A stretch of 64,000 bases of DNA from an uncultured beta proteobacterium. GTDB taxonomy: Bacteria > Pseudomonadota > Gammaproteobacteria > Burkholderiales > Casimicrobiaceae. The translations under genes were made by a program, and so were the position numbers. Under the pieces are notes generated by a model, which was not told the origin of the DNA, did not search any database, and worked only from the letters and a program-made list of their open reading frames with translations. Position 1 is the stretch's first letter. Every line of letters begins with the position of its first letter. The DNA is taken from contig CAVVQK010000004.1 of the NCBI GenBank assembly GCA_963750215.1, positions 368,865-432,864 on the forward strand, given 5' to 3'. Of the stretch, positions 18,678 through 29,736 are shown piece after piece.

Positions 18678-19397
18678 ATGATTGGGGTAGTAGTCCCCGT
18701 CCATGATGAGCAATTGCTGCTCGGCGATTGCCTGCAATCGATCTGGCAAGCCGCGGCAGATCCTCTCCTCGACGCGGAGCCGGTTGAGATCGTCGTCGTT
18801 CTCGACGCCTGTACCGACCGATCGGCGGCAATCGCCATCCAGCACCAAGCACAGATCATTGCCTTGAACGCCCGCTGCGTCGGAGCAGCACGATCGCTCG
18901 GAGCCTCTTTCGCGCTGGATTACGGCGCGCGCTGGATCGCCTTCACCGACGCCGACACGATCGTCCCTCCCAATTGGTTGAGCGTGCAGCTGGACCTAGA
19001 CGCCGATGCAACGTGCGGACAGGTTTGGATCGATGATTGGTCGGGCCATCCGTCCGGAGTCCGCGAGCGGTTTCTCCGCCATTACAGTTCGGAGACCCGA
19101 CACACTCACGGCGCAAATCTGGGCATATCCGCGACGGCATACCTGGCTGCAGGCGGCTTCCCGGCGCTGAAATCGGGTGAGGCAGCGGCGTTGATCTCCT
19201 CGCTGGTAGCGCGCCAGGGCAGCGTGCGCTGGGCGGGGCCGGCGCGTGTAGTGACCAGCGCGCGCTGGCAGAGCACGATCGAGGACGGTTTTGCCGCGTT
19301 CCTGGGAAATCTTCGCCAGCAATGCTTCGCGCAAGCGACGCCCGAACGACTGGCTGCGTCGGCGGTTAGCCAATCCCGGGACCGGGCCGCCGCTTGA
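18678..19397 (+). CDS. Glycosyltransferase family 2 protein (short, single domain)
   Basis: ATG at 18678 follows GGAGGAG. GT2 N-terminus: VVVPVHDEQLLLGDCL...VVVLDACTDRS...FTDADTIVPPNW. Confidence 0.75.
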   Translation: MIGVVVPVHDEQLLLGDCLQSIWQAAADPLLDAEPVEIVVVLDACTDRSAAIAIQHQAQIIALNARCVGAARSLGASFALDYGARWIAFTDADTIVPPNWLSVQLDLDADATCGQVWIDDWSGHPSGVRERFLRHYSSETRHTHGANLGISATAYLAAGGFPALKSGEAAALISSLVARQGSVRWAGPARVVTSARWQSTIEDGFAAFLGNLRQQCFAQATPERLAASAVSQSRDRAAA

Positions 19398-19629
19398 TGC
19401 ATTGATCCAGCGGCACTTCCACACCGCGGTTCGTGGGCCGGTGCATGCGCTGGTGCGAAAGGTTTGAGGCACATCGATCGGGTCACGAATGATCGCGCAG
19501 CGGGTAACTGTGGATTCGTAGCCGCATCCTCATGGGCTTGTTCTATGTATCGGCGTTTGCCAAAAGCCGGAGTCTGGGTCGCGAGCCGAACGAGCGCGCG
19601 CGCCGCCCGTCGCGGCGCGGGGCGCGCTG

Positions 19630-21513
19630 ATGCTCACTGACCACGACGTCTATCTATTCCGCGAGGGCACACATGGTCGGCTGTACCGACATCTTGGCTG
19701 CCATCTCGAAGGCGCCGCCGGTGCCTCGTTTGCGGTCTGGGCGCCGAACGCCCTGCGCGTGGCGGTGATCGGCGAGTTCAATGCCTGGGACCCGTCGGCG
19801 CACCCGCTCGAAGCACGCACCGACGGTTCCGGAATCTGGCAGGGCGAAGTGCGCGCCGCGCATCGCGGCCAGTCGTACAAGTACCGTATCGCCTCGGCGT
19901 TCGGCGGTTACACGGTCGACAAGGCGGACCCGTTCGCGTTCTTTGCCGAAGTGCCGCCCGCCACCGCCTCGCGCCTCTGGTCGCTCGACTACGACTGGGG
20001 CGATGGTCAGTGGATGCAAGGCCGGGGGGCGCGCAATGCGCTCGATGCCCCGGTCTCGATCTACGAGCTGCACCTTGGCTCGTGGCGGCGCGACCAAAAC
20101 CGGCTGCCGGCCTACCGCGACATCGCCGAGCCTCTCGCCGACTACGTTGCCGGCCTGGGCTTCACCCACGTCGAGCTGCTGCCGATTACCGAGCATCCGT
20201 TCTACGGCTCATGGGGCTATCAGACCACCGGCTATTTCGCGCCCACCGCACGCTACGGCACGCCGCAGGAGTTCATGTACTTCGTCGACGTCTTGCACCA
20301 GCACGGCGTCGGCGTGATCCTCGACTGGGTGCCGTCGCACTTTCCGGCCGACGCCCACGGGCTGGGTTTCTTCGACGGCACATTTCTCTACGAGCATGCT
20401 GATCCGAAGCAGGGCTTCCATCCACAATGGAACAGCTCGATCTTCAACTACGGCCGCAGCGAAGTCCGGGCGTTTCTGATGTCGAGCGCGTTGTTCTGGC
20501 TGGACCGGTATCACGTCGACGCTCTGCGTGTTGATGCGGTTGCCTCCATGCTGTATCTCGACTACGGCCGCAAGGCGGGGGAATGGGTTCCCAACCGTCA
20601 CGGCGGCAACGAGAACCTCGACGCCATCGAGTTCATGCGCCAGCTGAACCAGGCGGTTTACCGCGACCACCCGGACACGCAGACGATCGCCGAGGAGTCG
20701 ACGGCGTGGCCTATGGTCTCGCGCCCAATCCATACCGGTGGACTGGGCTTTGGCCTCAAGTGGAACATGGGCTGGATGCACGACACGCTCGACTATCTGC
20801 GCGAGCAGCCGATCCATCGCAAGTATCACCACGACCGGCTGACGTTCTCGATCTGGTACGCGTTCTTCGAAAACTTCGTGCTGGCCCTGTCGCACGACGA
20901 GGTCGTCTACGGCAAGGGCTCGCTCGTTGGCAAGATGCCTGGCGACACCTGGCAGCAGTTTGCCAACCTGCGCCTGCTCTTCGGCTACATGTGGGCTCAT
21001 CCAGGGAAGAAACTGCTGTTCATGGGTGGCGAGTTCGGTCAGCGCCGCGAGTGGTCGCACGACGAAAGCCTGGAGTGGTGGGTGCTGCGCTTGCCCGAGC
21101 ACGAGGGTGTACAGCGCTGGGTCGCAGATCTCAATGCCGTGTACCGCGCGCGACCGGCACTGCACGAAGTCGATTTCGCGCCAGCAGGCTTCGAGTGGGT
21201 GGATTGCCATGACTCCGACGCAAGCGTCCTTAGCTTTCTGCGTCGGCCGCGCGTGGGCACGCCAGTGCTCGCGGTGTGCAATTTCACGCCGGTCCCGCGT
21301 CACAACTACACGCTCGGTGTGCCGCAGGGTGGCTGGTGGCGCGAGCTGCTCAACAGCGATGCGCGGATCTACGGCGGCGGCGGGATGGGCAACCTCGGCG
21401 GCGTCGAGTCTGCGCCGGTACCGGCACACGAGCGGCCACACTCGCTGTCGCTCACTTTGCCGCCGCTGGCGATGCTCCTGCTCCAGCCGGACGTCAGCGG
21501 AGCTGCGCCATGA
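19630..21513 (+). CDS. glgB: 1,4-alpha-glucan branching enzyme GlgB (short form lacking the extra N-terminal domain)
   Basis: GH13_9 blocks are present: [82 protein letters not shown]. Confidence 0.93.
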   Translation: MLTDHDVYLFREGTHGRLYRHLGCHLEGAAGASFAVWAPNALRVAVIGEFNAWDPSAHPLEARTDGSGIWQGEVRAAHRGQSYKYRIASAFGGYTVDKADPFAFFAEVPPATASRLWSLDYDWGDGQWMQGRGARNALDAPVSIYELHLGSWRRDQNRLPAYRDIAEPLADYVAGLGFTHVELLPITEHPFYGSWGYQTTGYFAPTARYGTPQEFMYFVDVLHQHGVGVILDWVPSHFPADAHGLGFFDGTFLYEHADPKQGFHPQWNSSIFNYGRSEVRAFLMSSALFWLDRYHVDALRVDAVASMLYLDYGRKAGEWVPNRHGGNENLDAIEFMRQLNQAVYRDHPDTQTIAEESTAWPMVSRPIHTGGLGFGLKWNMGWMHDTLDYLREQPIHRKYHHDRLTFSIWYAFFENFVLALSHDEVVYGKGSLVGKMPGDTWQQFANLRLLFGYMWAHPGKKLLFMGGEFGQRREWSHDESLEWWVLRLPEHEGVQRWVADLNAVYRARPALHEVDFAPAGFEWVDCHDSDASVLSFLRRPRVGTPVLAVCNFTPVPRHNYTLGVPQGGWWRELLNSDARIYGGGGMGNLGGVESAPVPAHERPHSLSLTLPPLAMLLLQPDVSGAAP

Positions 21514-23513
21514 GCGCACCGCGCACTCCCGCCCGCGATGCCCGGGTCCGCGCCGTGATCGAAGCCGTGACGCCACACGTCGACGGCGGGCGCTTCGCAA
21601 TCAAGCGCGTCATCGGTGACACGGTCGTTGTCGAGGCGGATTGCTTTGCCGACGGGCACGCCGAACTTGCAGCGCGCGTGCTCTATCGCCGCGCGGAGGA
21701 GACGGGCTGGCGCGAGGCGCCAATGCAGCCGCTCGGCAACGATCGCTGGCGCGGCGCTTTTACCGTCGACGCGCTCGGCAAGTACTGCTACACCGTGACG
21801 GCATGGGTCGATGCCTTCCTCTCCTGGCGCCACGATTTCGCGCTGCGCGCTGACGCGGAGGACCTCCGCCTTGCGGCGCGAATCGGCGCCGAGCTGATCG
21901 ACGCGGCGGCACGGCGCGCCACGGGCGGGGACGCGCAACGCCTCGCCGACTGGGGACGGGAGCTGCGCGCGGAGCAGGATCCAGCTGCCCTGCCGGCCAT
22001 CGCCCTCGACACCGCGCTGGGTAACCTGGCGGCGCGCTACCCTGATCGCAGCCAGGCAAGCGTTCACGCCACCGAGTTCACGGTGATGGTCGATCGCGAA
22101 CGCGCCCGCTGCGGCGCGTGGTACGAAATGTTCCCCCGTTCGTGCGCCGCCACAGCCGGTGGCCACGGCAGCTTCGGCGACTGCGTGGCACGCTTGCCCT
22201 ACGTGGCGCAGATGGGCTTCGACGTGCTCTACCTGCCACCCATCCACCCCATCGGACGCGCCCGCCGCAAGGGTCGCAACAACGCCGTCGAAGCCGCGCC
22301 GGGCGATCCCGGCAGCCCGTGGGCGATCGGCGCCGCCGACGGCGGGCACACGGCGACCCACCCCGAGCTGGGCACGATCGAGGATTTCCGCCGCCTCGTC
22401 GCGAGCGCCCGCGAATTCGGGCTCGAAGTAGCCCTCGACATTGCCTTCCAGTGCGCTCCGGATCATCCGTGGGTGAAGAGCCATCCCGAGTGGTTCCGCT
22501 CTCGCCCCGACGGCAGCGTCCAGTACGCCGAGAACCCGCCGAAGAAGTACCAGGATATCTATCCGCTCAATTTCGAATGCGACAAGTGGCCGGAACTCTG
22601 GCACGCACTGGCCGGGGTGTTCCGCTTCTGGATCGAACACGGCGTGCGCATCTTCCGCGTCGACAACCCGCACACCAAGCCATTCGCTTTCTGGGAATGG
22701 GCGATCGGGGAGCTCAAGCGCGACGATCCGGACGTGATCTTCCTGGCCGAGGCGTTCACGCGGCCGAAGGTCATGCATCGCCTGGCGAAGCTCGGCTTCA
22801 CGCAGTCGTACTCGTATTACCCGTGGCGCACCACCAAGCAGGAGCTCACCGAGTACTTCACCGTCCTGGCGCAGGGTCCTGAGCGCGAATACTTTCGTCC
22901 CAACTGCTGGCCGAATACGCCGGACATCCTGACCGAGTACCTGCAGTTCGGCGGCCGTCCCGCGTTCATGGTGCGGCTGGTGCTGGCCGCGACGCTGTCG
23001 GCGAATTACGGCATATACGGCCCCGCCTTCGAGCTCATGGAGCACACGGCGCGCGAGCCAGGGAGCGAAGAGTACCTGGATTCGGAGAAATACGAGATCC
23101 GCCACTGGGACCTCGGGCGCGAGGACAGCCTCGCCCCGTTCATCGGTCGCGTAAACCGGGCACGGCGCGAGAACCCGGCGCTGCAGCAGGACTGGTGCCT
23201 GCGCTTCTTTCCGGTCGACAACGAGCTGCTCGTCTGCTACGGCAAGGCAACGGCAAGCCTCGACAACATCGTGATCGTCGTGGTCAATCTCGACCCGGGA
23301 CACGTCCAGTCAGGCTGGGTCGAGCTCGACCTTGCCGCGCTCCAGATCGCCAGCGACGCCTCCTATCAGATGCATGACCTCGTAACCGGTGCGCGGTATA
23401 TGTGGAGCGGCGCGCGCAACTTCGTGCAGCTCGATCCGGCACACGTGCCCGCGCACATCTTCCGCCTGCGGCGGCGTGTGCACAGCGAGCGCGATTTCGA
23501 CTATTTCATGTAG
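21510..23513 (+). CDS. glgE: Alpha-1,4-glucan:maltose-1-phosphate maltosyltransferase GlgE
   Basis: ATG at 21510 overlaps the glgB stop (ATGA). The GlgE pattern is clear ([34 protein letters not shown]...WYEMFPRS...[14 protein letters not shown]...[17 protein letters not shown]). The listed 745-aa ORF start lies inside glgB. Confidence 0.9.
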   Translation: MSAPRTPARDARVRAVIEAVTPHVDGGRFAIKRVIGDTVVVEADCFADGHAELAARVLYRRAEETGWREAPMQPLGNDRWRGAFTVDALGKYCYTVTAWVDAFLSWRHDFALRADAEDLRLAARIGAELIDAAARRATGGDAQRLADWGRELRAEQDPAALPAIALDTALGNLAARYPDRSQASVHATEFTVMVDRERARCGAWYEMFPRSCAATAGGHGSFGDCVARLPYVAQMGFDVLYLPPIHPIGRARRKGRNNAVEAAPGDPGSPWAIGAADGGHTATHPELGTIEDFRRLVASAREFGLEVALDIAFQCAPDHPWVKSHPEWFRSRPDGSVQYAENPPKKYQDIYPLNFECDKWPELWHALAGVFRFWIEHGVRIFRVDNPHTKPFAFWEWAIGELKRDDPDVIFLAEAFTRPKVMHRLAKLGFTQSYSYYPWRTTKQELTEYFTVLAQGPEREYFRPNCWPNTPDILTEYLQFGGRPAFMVRLVLAATLSANYGIYGPAFELMEHTAREPGSEEYLDSEKYEIRHWDLGREDSLAPFIGRVNRARRENPALQQDWCLRFFPVDNELLVCYGKATASLDNIVIVVVNLDPGHVQSGWVELDLAALQIASDASYQMHDLVTGARYMWSGARNFVQLDPAHVPAHIFRLRRRVHSERDFDYFM

Positions 23514-23516
23514 ACC

Positions 23517-26500
23517 ATGGATCGCCCGATCGACAGCGGGGCAACCGCGACGGTAAGCACCGAGGATGCGCTCTGGTACAAGGACGCGATCGTCTACGAG
23601 CTGCACGTCAAGGCATTCTTCGATGCCAACAGCGACGGCCTGGGCGATTTTCAGGGCCTTGCCGAGAAGCTCGACTATATCCACGACCTCGGCGTCAATA
23701 CGATCTGGCTGCTGCCCTTCTACCCTTCGCCGATGAAGGACGACGGCTACGACGTCTCCGACTACCACAACATCGCGCCGGCGTACGGGACCCGACACGA
23801 CTTCCGGCATTTCGTGCGCGAGGCCCAGCGGCGGGGACTGCGCATCATTACCGAGCTGGTGGTCAACCACACCTCTGACCAGCATCCGTGGTTCCAGGCC
23901 GCAAGGCGTGCCCCCAAGGGATCGAGCAAGCGCAATTGGTACGTATGGAGCGATGACCCGAAGAAGTACGCCGGCACGCGCGTCATCTTCACCGACACCG
24001 AAAGATCCAACTGGACCTGGGACGAGGTCGCCCAGTCGTACTACTGGCACCGCTTCTTCAGCCATCAGCCCGATCTCAACTTCGACAACCCCAACGTGCT
24101 GAAGGCGGTCTTCAAGACCATGCGTTTCTGGCTCGACATGGGTGTCGACGGCTTCCGCCTGGATGCGATCCCCTATCTGTGCGAGCGCGAAGGCACGAGC
24201 AACGAGAACCTGCCGGAGACGCATGCTGTCATCAAGCAGCTGCGCGCCCTCATCGACCTTCACTACGGTAACCGCCTGCTGCTCGCCGAAGCCAATCAGT
24301 GGCCCGAGGATGTGCGCGAGTACTTCGGCGACGGCGACGAGTGCCACATGGCGTATCACTTCCCGCTGATGCCGCGCATGTACATGGCCATTGCCCAGGA
24401 GGATCGCCATCCGATCAGCGAGATCATGGCCCAGACGCCCGACATTCCGGACAACTGCCAGTGGGCCATCTTCCTGCGCAATCACGACGAACTCACGCTG
24501 GAGATGGTCACCAACAAGGAGCGCGACTACCTGTACCAGATGTACGCCGCGGACCCGCGCGCGCGTCTGAATCTGGGCATCCGGCGCCGGCTTGCGCCGC
24601 TGCTCGACAACGATCTCGACAAGATCAAGCTGATGAACAGCCTGCTGCTGTCCATGCCGGGGTCGCCGACCATCTACTACGGCGATGAGATCGGCATGGG
24701 TGACAACGTTTATCTGGGCGATCGCGATGGCGTGCGCACACCGATGCAATGGCGCCCGGACCGCAACGCCGGCTTCTCCGTCGTCGACCCGCAGCGCCTG
24801 TATCTGCAGCCGATCATGGACCCGGTGTACGGCTACCAGGCAGTCAACGTCGAGGCGCAGGCGCGCGAGACATCGTCGCTGCTCAACTGGATGCGGCGCC
24901 TGCTGGCGACACGGCAAACGCAGCGCGCGTTCGGTCGCGGCAGCCTGACCTTCCTCCGACCACGCAACCGCAAGATTCTCGCCTACCTTCGGGAGTACGG
25001 CGACAATGTCGTGCTCTGCGTGGCCAACCTCGCGCGCTCCGCACAGCCGGCGGCCCTCGACCTGTCGAGCTACCAGGGTCGGGTACCGGTCGAGCTCATG
25101 GGACGCACGGCGTTTCCTCCCATCGGCGACTCGCCGTACCCGCTGACGCTGCCCGGGCACGGCTTCCTTTGGTTCCACCTCACCCGCAGCGAGGATGTCG
25201 CGCAACGGCCCGAGGAGCGCCTGCCGCGCGAGGAGCTGCCCATGCTCGTCCTCTTTGACGGTTGGCAGAGCCTGTTCCGCGACCGGGTCGTGCCGTGGCG
25301 CATCGCCCTGGCCGAGAAGGTCCGTGCCCAGCTCGAGCACGACGTGCTGCCGGCATTTGTCGCCGCCCAGCGCTGGTATGCGGGCAAGGGCGAGCCGCTC
25401 GAGCGCGTCGCGCTCGTCGATCACGTCGAGTGGGGCGAGGCGCAGCCGGGCTGGCTGCTCGCGCTCGCCCGCGCCGAGCGCGGCGGCGGTGAGGCGCAGA
25501 TCTATCTGCTGCCGCTCGCCCTGGTATGGGATGACGACGACGAGCGCGCACGTGCGCTGCAGGGCGCGCTTCTCGCACGAATCCGCCAGCAGGCCCGGAT
25601 CGGGGGCATCGCCGATGCCTTCGCCGACGACGGATTTTGCCGGGCGCTGGTCGGAGCGATTGCCGATGGCGGCGAGCTGCGCTGCGCGCATGGCAGCGTG
25701 CACTTCCGCCGCACCAGGGCGTTCACGGAGCTGGCGGGCCAGGGCTACGCGCAGCTGCCGGTCAGTTCGATGGGGGCGCAGACCAGCAATACCCTTGTTG
25801 CCCTGGGCGATCGTCTTCTGCTCAAGGCCTATCGGCGGCTGCGTGCGGGAGTCAATCCCGAGATCGAGGTTGGACGCTTCCTCACCGAGGCGGTGCACTT
25901 CCAACACAGCGTGCCGATTGCCGGCGCGGTCGAGTACGTCGCCGACGACGGCACGACGACGACCCTCGCGCTGCTGCAGGGTTTCGTTAGCAATCAGGGC
26001 GACGCCTGGGGCTACACGCTCAACTACGTCGAGCAATTTCTCGACCGGGTTCGCACCGGCACGGCGGCTGCCGGCGCTGCTAGCGACATGCACGGCGGTT
26101 ACCTGGCGCTGATACGGACGCTGGGCAGGCGCACGGCCGAGTTGCATATCGCGTTTGCAACCCGCATCGGCGATCCGGGCTTCGACCCCGAGCCGGTCGA
26201 GGAGCGCGACGTGGCGGATTGGGCCCTGCGTGCGCGCGCGGCCGCTGAGGGTGCTCTCGATCGACTCGGGCAGCGGCGCGAGTCCCTCGATGCGGCTGCA
26301 CGAGCTGCGGCCGAAGAACTGCTGGCGCGGCGGGAAGAGATCGTCACGCGCTTCCAGTCATTGGCCAACATCCGGGCTGGCGCCATCAAGACGCGCCTGC
26401 ATGGCGATTATCACCTCGGCCAAGTGCTGCTCGTGCATGACGATTTCGTGATCACCGACTTTGAGGGCGAGCCGATGCGCTCGCTGGCCGAGCGGCGGCA

Positions 26501-26852
26501 GAAGCATTCCGTCCTGCGCGACGTGGCCGGAATGCTGCGGTCGTTCAACTACGCCCGCTACCAGGCGCTCGCCCATGCGGTTGTGGAGAGGCCCGATGCG
26601 CTCGACTCGCTGGCCGCCCCGGCGCGGGAGTGGGAGCTGGCAACGCATCGGGCGTTCCTGGACGCCTATCGCGACGCAGCCAACGGACAGGGACTGTTCG
26701 AGTCATGGCAAGAGGCCCGCAAGTTGATCGCGCTGTTCACGCTGGAGAAGGCGTTCTACGAGCTTGCCTATGAAGCGGACCACCGCCCCGACTGGCTGCG
26801 CACCGCGCTCGCCGGCATTCGCGATCTGCTCGCCGGCGACGGTGACGACTGA
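23517..26852 (+). CDS. treS: Bifunctional trehalose synthase (TreS, GH13_16) / maltokinase (Mak/Pep2) fusion, 1111 aa
   Basis: The N-terminal half is TreS (WYKDAIVYELHVKAFFDANSDGLGDFQGL...GFRLDAIPYL...NHDELTLE). The C-terminal half is kinase-like, with the maltokinase catalytic block HGDYHLGQVLLVHDDFVITDFEGEP. Confidence 0.92.
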   Translation: MDRPIDSGATATVSTEDALWYKDAIVYELHVKAFFDANSDGLGDFQGLAEKLDYIHDLGVNTIWLLPFYPSPMKDDGYDVSDYHNIAPAYGTRHDFRHFVREAQRRGLRIITELVVNHTSDQHPWFQAARRAPKGSSKRNWYVWSDDPKKYAGTRVIFTDTERSNWTWDEVAQSYYWHRFFSHQPDLNFDNPNVLKAVFKTMRFWLDMGVDGFRLDAIPYLCEREGTSNENLPETHAVIKQLRALIDLHYGNRLLLAEANQWPEDVREYFGDGDECHMAYHFPLMPRMYMAIAQEDRHPISEIMAQTPDIPDNCQWAIFLRNHDELTLEMVTNKERDYLYQMYAADPRARLNLGIRRRLAPLLDNDLDKIKLMNSLLLSMPGSPTIYYGDEIGMGDNVYLGDRDGVRTPMQWRPDRNAGFSVVDPQRLYLQPIMDPVYGYQAVNVEAQARETSSLLNWMRRLLATRQTQRAFGRGSLTFLRPRNRKILAYLREYGDNVVLCVANLARSAQPAALDLSSYQGRVPVELMGRTAFPPIGDSPYPLTLPGHGFLWFHLTRSEDVAQRPEERLPREELPMLVLFDGWQSLFRDRVVPWRIALAEKVRAQLEHDVLPAFVAAQRWYAGKGEPLERVALVDHVEWGEAQPGWLLALARAERGGGEAQIYLLPLALVWDDDDERARALQGALLARIRQQARIGGIADAFADDGFCRALVGAIADGGELRCAHGSVHFRRTRAFTELAGQGYAQLPVSSMGAQTSNTLVALGDRLLLKAYRRLRAGVNPEIEVGRFLTEAVHFQHSVPIAGAVEYVADDGTTTTLALLQGFVSNQGDAWGYTLNYVEQFLDRVRTGTAAAGAASDMHGGYLALIRTLGRRTAELHIAFATRIGDPGFDPEPVEERDVADWALRARAAAEGALDRLGQRRESLDAAARAAAEELLARREEIVTRFQSLANIRAGAIKTRLHGDYHLGQVLLVHDDFVITDFEGEPMRSLAERRQKHSVLRDVAGMLRSFNYARYQALAHAVVERPDALDSLAAPAREWELATHRAFLDAYRDAANGQGLFESWQEARKLIALFTLEKAFYELAYEADHRPDWLRTALAGIRDLLAGDGDD

Positions 26853-26864
26853 TCGGAGGTCAGA

Positions 26865-27569
26865 ATGGAACAGCTAAACACGTTGTGGGACCCGCTCCGG
26901 ACCCTTCTGACGCAGCTCGCCGAGATCTTTCCCAGGGCGCTGTTTGCGATCCTCATCCTCATCGCCGGCTGGCTCGTCGCCAAGGCGGTGCGTTTCGCGG
27001 TGGTGAGGGCCCTGCGGGCGATCAATTTCAACGTCTTGACCGAAAAGGCCGGTCTGGACGCGTTCCTCAAGCAAGGAGGTGGCGAGACCGACACCACGGC
27101 CATCCTCGGCCTGCTCGTGTACTGGCTGACCATCCTCACCTCGCTCCTCATCGCCTCCAACAGCGTCGGCCTGGCCGCAGTGACCGACCTCATCGGGCGC
27201 GTGGTGCTGTTCGTGCCCAGGGTTATCGTCGCCGTTGTCATTCTGGCCTTCGGCGCGTACTTCGCGCGCTTCATCGGCATGACCGTGACCGCGTACTGCA
27301 AGAACCTGGACATGCCCGACGCAGCGCTGCTTGGCCGTCTCGCGATGTACGCCATCGTGATCTTTGTCACCATGATTGCCATTGATCATCTGGGTCTTGG
27401 CGACATCATCCGCCAGACCTTCCTCATCATCCTCATCGGCGTCGTTCTTGCGCTCGCGCTCGCCTTCGGGCTCGGAGGACAAAAGCGCGCGGCGGAATTC
27501 CTCGAGCGCTGGTCAAGGCACGGCAAGGCCGGCAGCAGCGACGATCGCAACCAGCCGCGGGCGCGGTGA
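26865..27569 (+). CDS. Conserved-TM-helix repeat membrane protein (MscS-N-terminal-like, PF05552-type), 234 aa
   Basis: ATG at 26865 follows GGAGG (26855-26859) and lies 12 nt after the treS-mak stop. The protein has 4-5 hydrophobic helices with repeated blocks ([20 protein letters not shown]...[14 protein letters not shown]) and a hydrophilic tail. The family call is from memory. Confidence 0.75.
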   Translation: MEQLNTLWDPLRTLLTQLAEIFPRALFAILILIAGWLVAKAVRFAVVRALRAINFNVLTEKAGLDAFLKQGGGETDTTAILGLLVYWLTILTSLLIASNSVGLAAVTDLIGRVVLFVPRVIVAVVILAFGAYFARFIGMTVTAYCKNLDMPDAALLGRLAMYAIVIFVTMIAIDHLGLGDIIRQTFLIILIGVVLALALAFGLGGQKRAAEFLERWSRHGKAGSSDDRNQPRAR

Positions 27570-27603
27570 ACCGAGGCGAGGCAAAGGGACTCGGCTCCGA
27601 GGC

Positions 27604-29736
27604 ATGAAACCGATCACCGCAGTCTGGCCAGGCCGCCCGGATCCGCGCGGCGCCACCTGGGACGGCGAAGGGGTCAATTTCGCACTCTACTCCGAGCATG
27701 CGGACGCGGTCGAACTGTGCGTCTTCGACCACACCGGCCGCCGCGAGCTGCAACGCATCGAACTCAGGGAGCGTACCGACCAGGCGTGGCACTGCTACCT
27801 GCCCGAAGCGCGCCCCGGCATGCTGTACGGCTACCGGGTCCACGGGCCGTATCGGCCCGAAGAGGGGCACCGCTTCAACGCGCACAAGCTGCTGCTCGAT
27901 CCGTACGCAAACCAGATCGTCGGCGACCTGCGCTGGAGCGATGCCCAGTTCGGCTACATCGTCGGGCACAAGCGGGGAGACCTCTCGTTCGACCGCCGCG
28001 ATAGCGCCGGCGGCATGCCCAAGTGCAAAGTGATCGACCCGGCGTTCACCTGGGGCGACGACCGTCGACCGGATGTGCCATGGCACGAGATGACGATCTA
28101 CGAGCTGCACGTGCGCGGCTATACGATGCAGCATCCCGAGGTTCCTGCCGCCCTGGGCGGAACCTATGCCGGGCTGGCGACTGCGCCGGTAATCGACTAT
28201 TTCAAGCGCCTCGGCGTCACCACGATCGAGCTCATGCCTGTGCACGCGTTCATCGACGACCGCCGCCTGGTGGAGAAAGGCCTGCGCAACTACTGGGGCT
28301 ACAACACGATCGGCTTTTTCGCCCCCGATGCACGCTATTCCGCGTCGGGCAAGGTCAACGAGTTCAAGACCATGGTAAAGACGCTGCACTCGGCCGGACT
28401 CGAGGTGATCCTTGACGTCGTCTACAACCACACCGCCGAGGGCAACGAGCTGGGGCCGACGCTGTGCTTCCGCGGAATCGACAACCGGTCCTATTACCAC
28501 TTGCAACCGGACAATCTGCGTTATTACCTCGATTTCACCGGCACCGGCAGCACGCTCGACGCACGGCACCCGCGCGTGCTGCAGCTGCTCATGGATTCGC
28601 TGCGCTACTGGGTCACCGGCATGCATGTCGACGGCTTCCGCTTCGACCTCGCCTCGGCGCTGGCGCGGGAACTGTACGAGGTCGATCGCCTCGGAGCGTT
28701 TTTCGAAATCCTGCGCCAGGATCCGGTGCTCTCGCGCGTGAAACTGATTGCCGAGCCATGGGACCTCGGCGAAGGCGGCTACCAGGTAGGCAACTTTCCG
28801 TCGGGGTGGGCGGAGTGGAACGACAAGTATCGCGACACCATGCGCGCCTACTGGAAAGGCGACGGCGGGCTCATCGGTGAGTTCGCGCGCCGCCTCACCG
28901 GTTCGAGCGATCTGTACGGCCGAAGCGGACGGCTACCGCATGCCAGCATCAATTTCGTCACCGCGCACGATGGCTTCACGCTGCAGGACCTCGTCTCCTA
29001 CAACGACAAGCACAACGAGGCCAACCTGGAGAACAACAACGACGGTCACAACAACAACCTGTCGTGGAACTGCGGCGTCGAGGGCCCGACGGAGGACGCG
29101 GCGATCAACTCCCTGCGCGCGCGCCAGAAGCGCAATCTGCTGGCCACGCTGCTCCTGTCGCAGGGCGTGCCGATGCTGCTCGCCGGCGACGAAATCGGGC
29201 GCACCCAGGCAGGCAACAACAACGCCTATTGCCAGGACAATGCCACGAGCTGGGTCGAGTGGAATCTCGACCCCGATCGCTCCTGCCTGCTCGATTTCGT
29301 GCGCAAGCTGCTGCACCTGCGGCGTGCCCATCCGGTGTTTCGGCGCCGGCATTTCTTCCAGGGCCGGCCACTCCACGGTAGCGAATCGAAGGACATCATC
29401 TGGCTCAAGCCGGACGGTTCCGAGATGACCACTGCCGAATGGAACCAGGATTTCGCGCGCAGCCTCGGCGTTTATCTCGCGGGCGACGCCATTGCCGAGA
29501 CCGATGCACGCGGCAACCCCGTCAGGGACGACAACTTCGTACTGCTGTTCAACGCGCACCACGATCCGGTGCCGTTCCGGCTGCCCGCGCTCGGCAGGGC
29601 GTCGTGGGTGGCCATCGTGGATACGGCGCGCGACGAGGGCGGCCTGGCAGGCGATGGCACTTTCGCCGCCGCGAGCATATATCCGCTGCAGGGCCGGTCG
29701 CTGGTTCTGCTCCGCGAGCCGGGGGGCACGGCGTGA
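27604..29736 (+). CDS. glgX: Glycogen debranching enzyme GlgX (GH13_11)
   Basis: ATG at 27604. Motifs: [86 protein letters not shown]. Confidence 0.92.
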   Translation: MKPITAVWPGRPDPRGATWDGEGVNFALYSEHADAVELCVFDHTGRRELQRIELRERTDQAWHCYLPEARPGMLYGYRVHGPYRPEEGHRFNAHKLLLDPYANQIVGDLRWSDAQFGYIVGHKRGDLSFDRRDSAGGMPKCKVIDPAFTWGDDRRPDVPWHEMTIYELHVRGYTMQHPEVPAALGGTYAGLATAPVIDYFKRLGVTTIELMPVHAFIDDRRLVEKGLRNYWGYNTIGFFAPDARYSASGKVNEFKTMVKTLHSAGLEVILDVVYNHTAEGNELGPTLCFRGIDNRSYYHLQPDNLRYYLDFTGTGSTLDARHPRVLQLLMDSLRYWVTGMHVDGFRFDLASALARELYEVDRLGAFFEILRQDPVLSRVKLIAEPWDLGEGGYQVGNFPSGWAEWNDKYRDTMRAYWKGDGGLIGEFARRLTGSSDLYGRSGRLPHASINFVTAHDGFTLQDLVSYNDKHNEANLENNNDGHNNNLSWNCGVEGPTEDAAINSLRARQKRNLLATLLLSQGVPMLLAGDEIGRTQAGNNNAYCQDNATSWVEWNLDPDRSCLLDFVRKLLHLRRAHPVFRRRHFFQGRPLHGSESKDIIWLKPDGSEMTTAEWNQDFARSLGVYLAGDAIAETDARGNPVRDDNFVLLFNAHHDPVPFRLPALGRASWVAIVDTARDEGGLAGDGTFAAASIYPLQGRSLVLLREPGGTA

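Noticed and set aside
23310-26147. A 945-aa ORF on the minus strand, the longest of many long antisense ORFs. Others include 17263-18852, 20209-21600, 21369-23303, 27433-28626, 28933-30033, 29472-31388, 31481-32914, 33584-35200, 36834-38717, 39142-41118, 49890-51026, 51133-52440, 59613-60848, 60924-62111 and 62131-63105.
   Set aside because: Each lies exactly opposite a gene with unmistakable conserved motifs (TreS-Mak, GH1, GlgB, GlgE, GlgX, TreZ, MalQ-TreY, GlgP, S8 peptidase, SorA, transposase, ABC components, HdrB-like). Their translations are Arg/Ala/Gly/Pro-rich low-complexity sequence, typical of stop-codon-poor antisense frames in high-G+C DNA.
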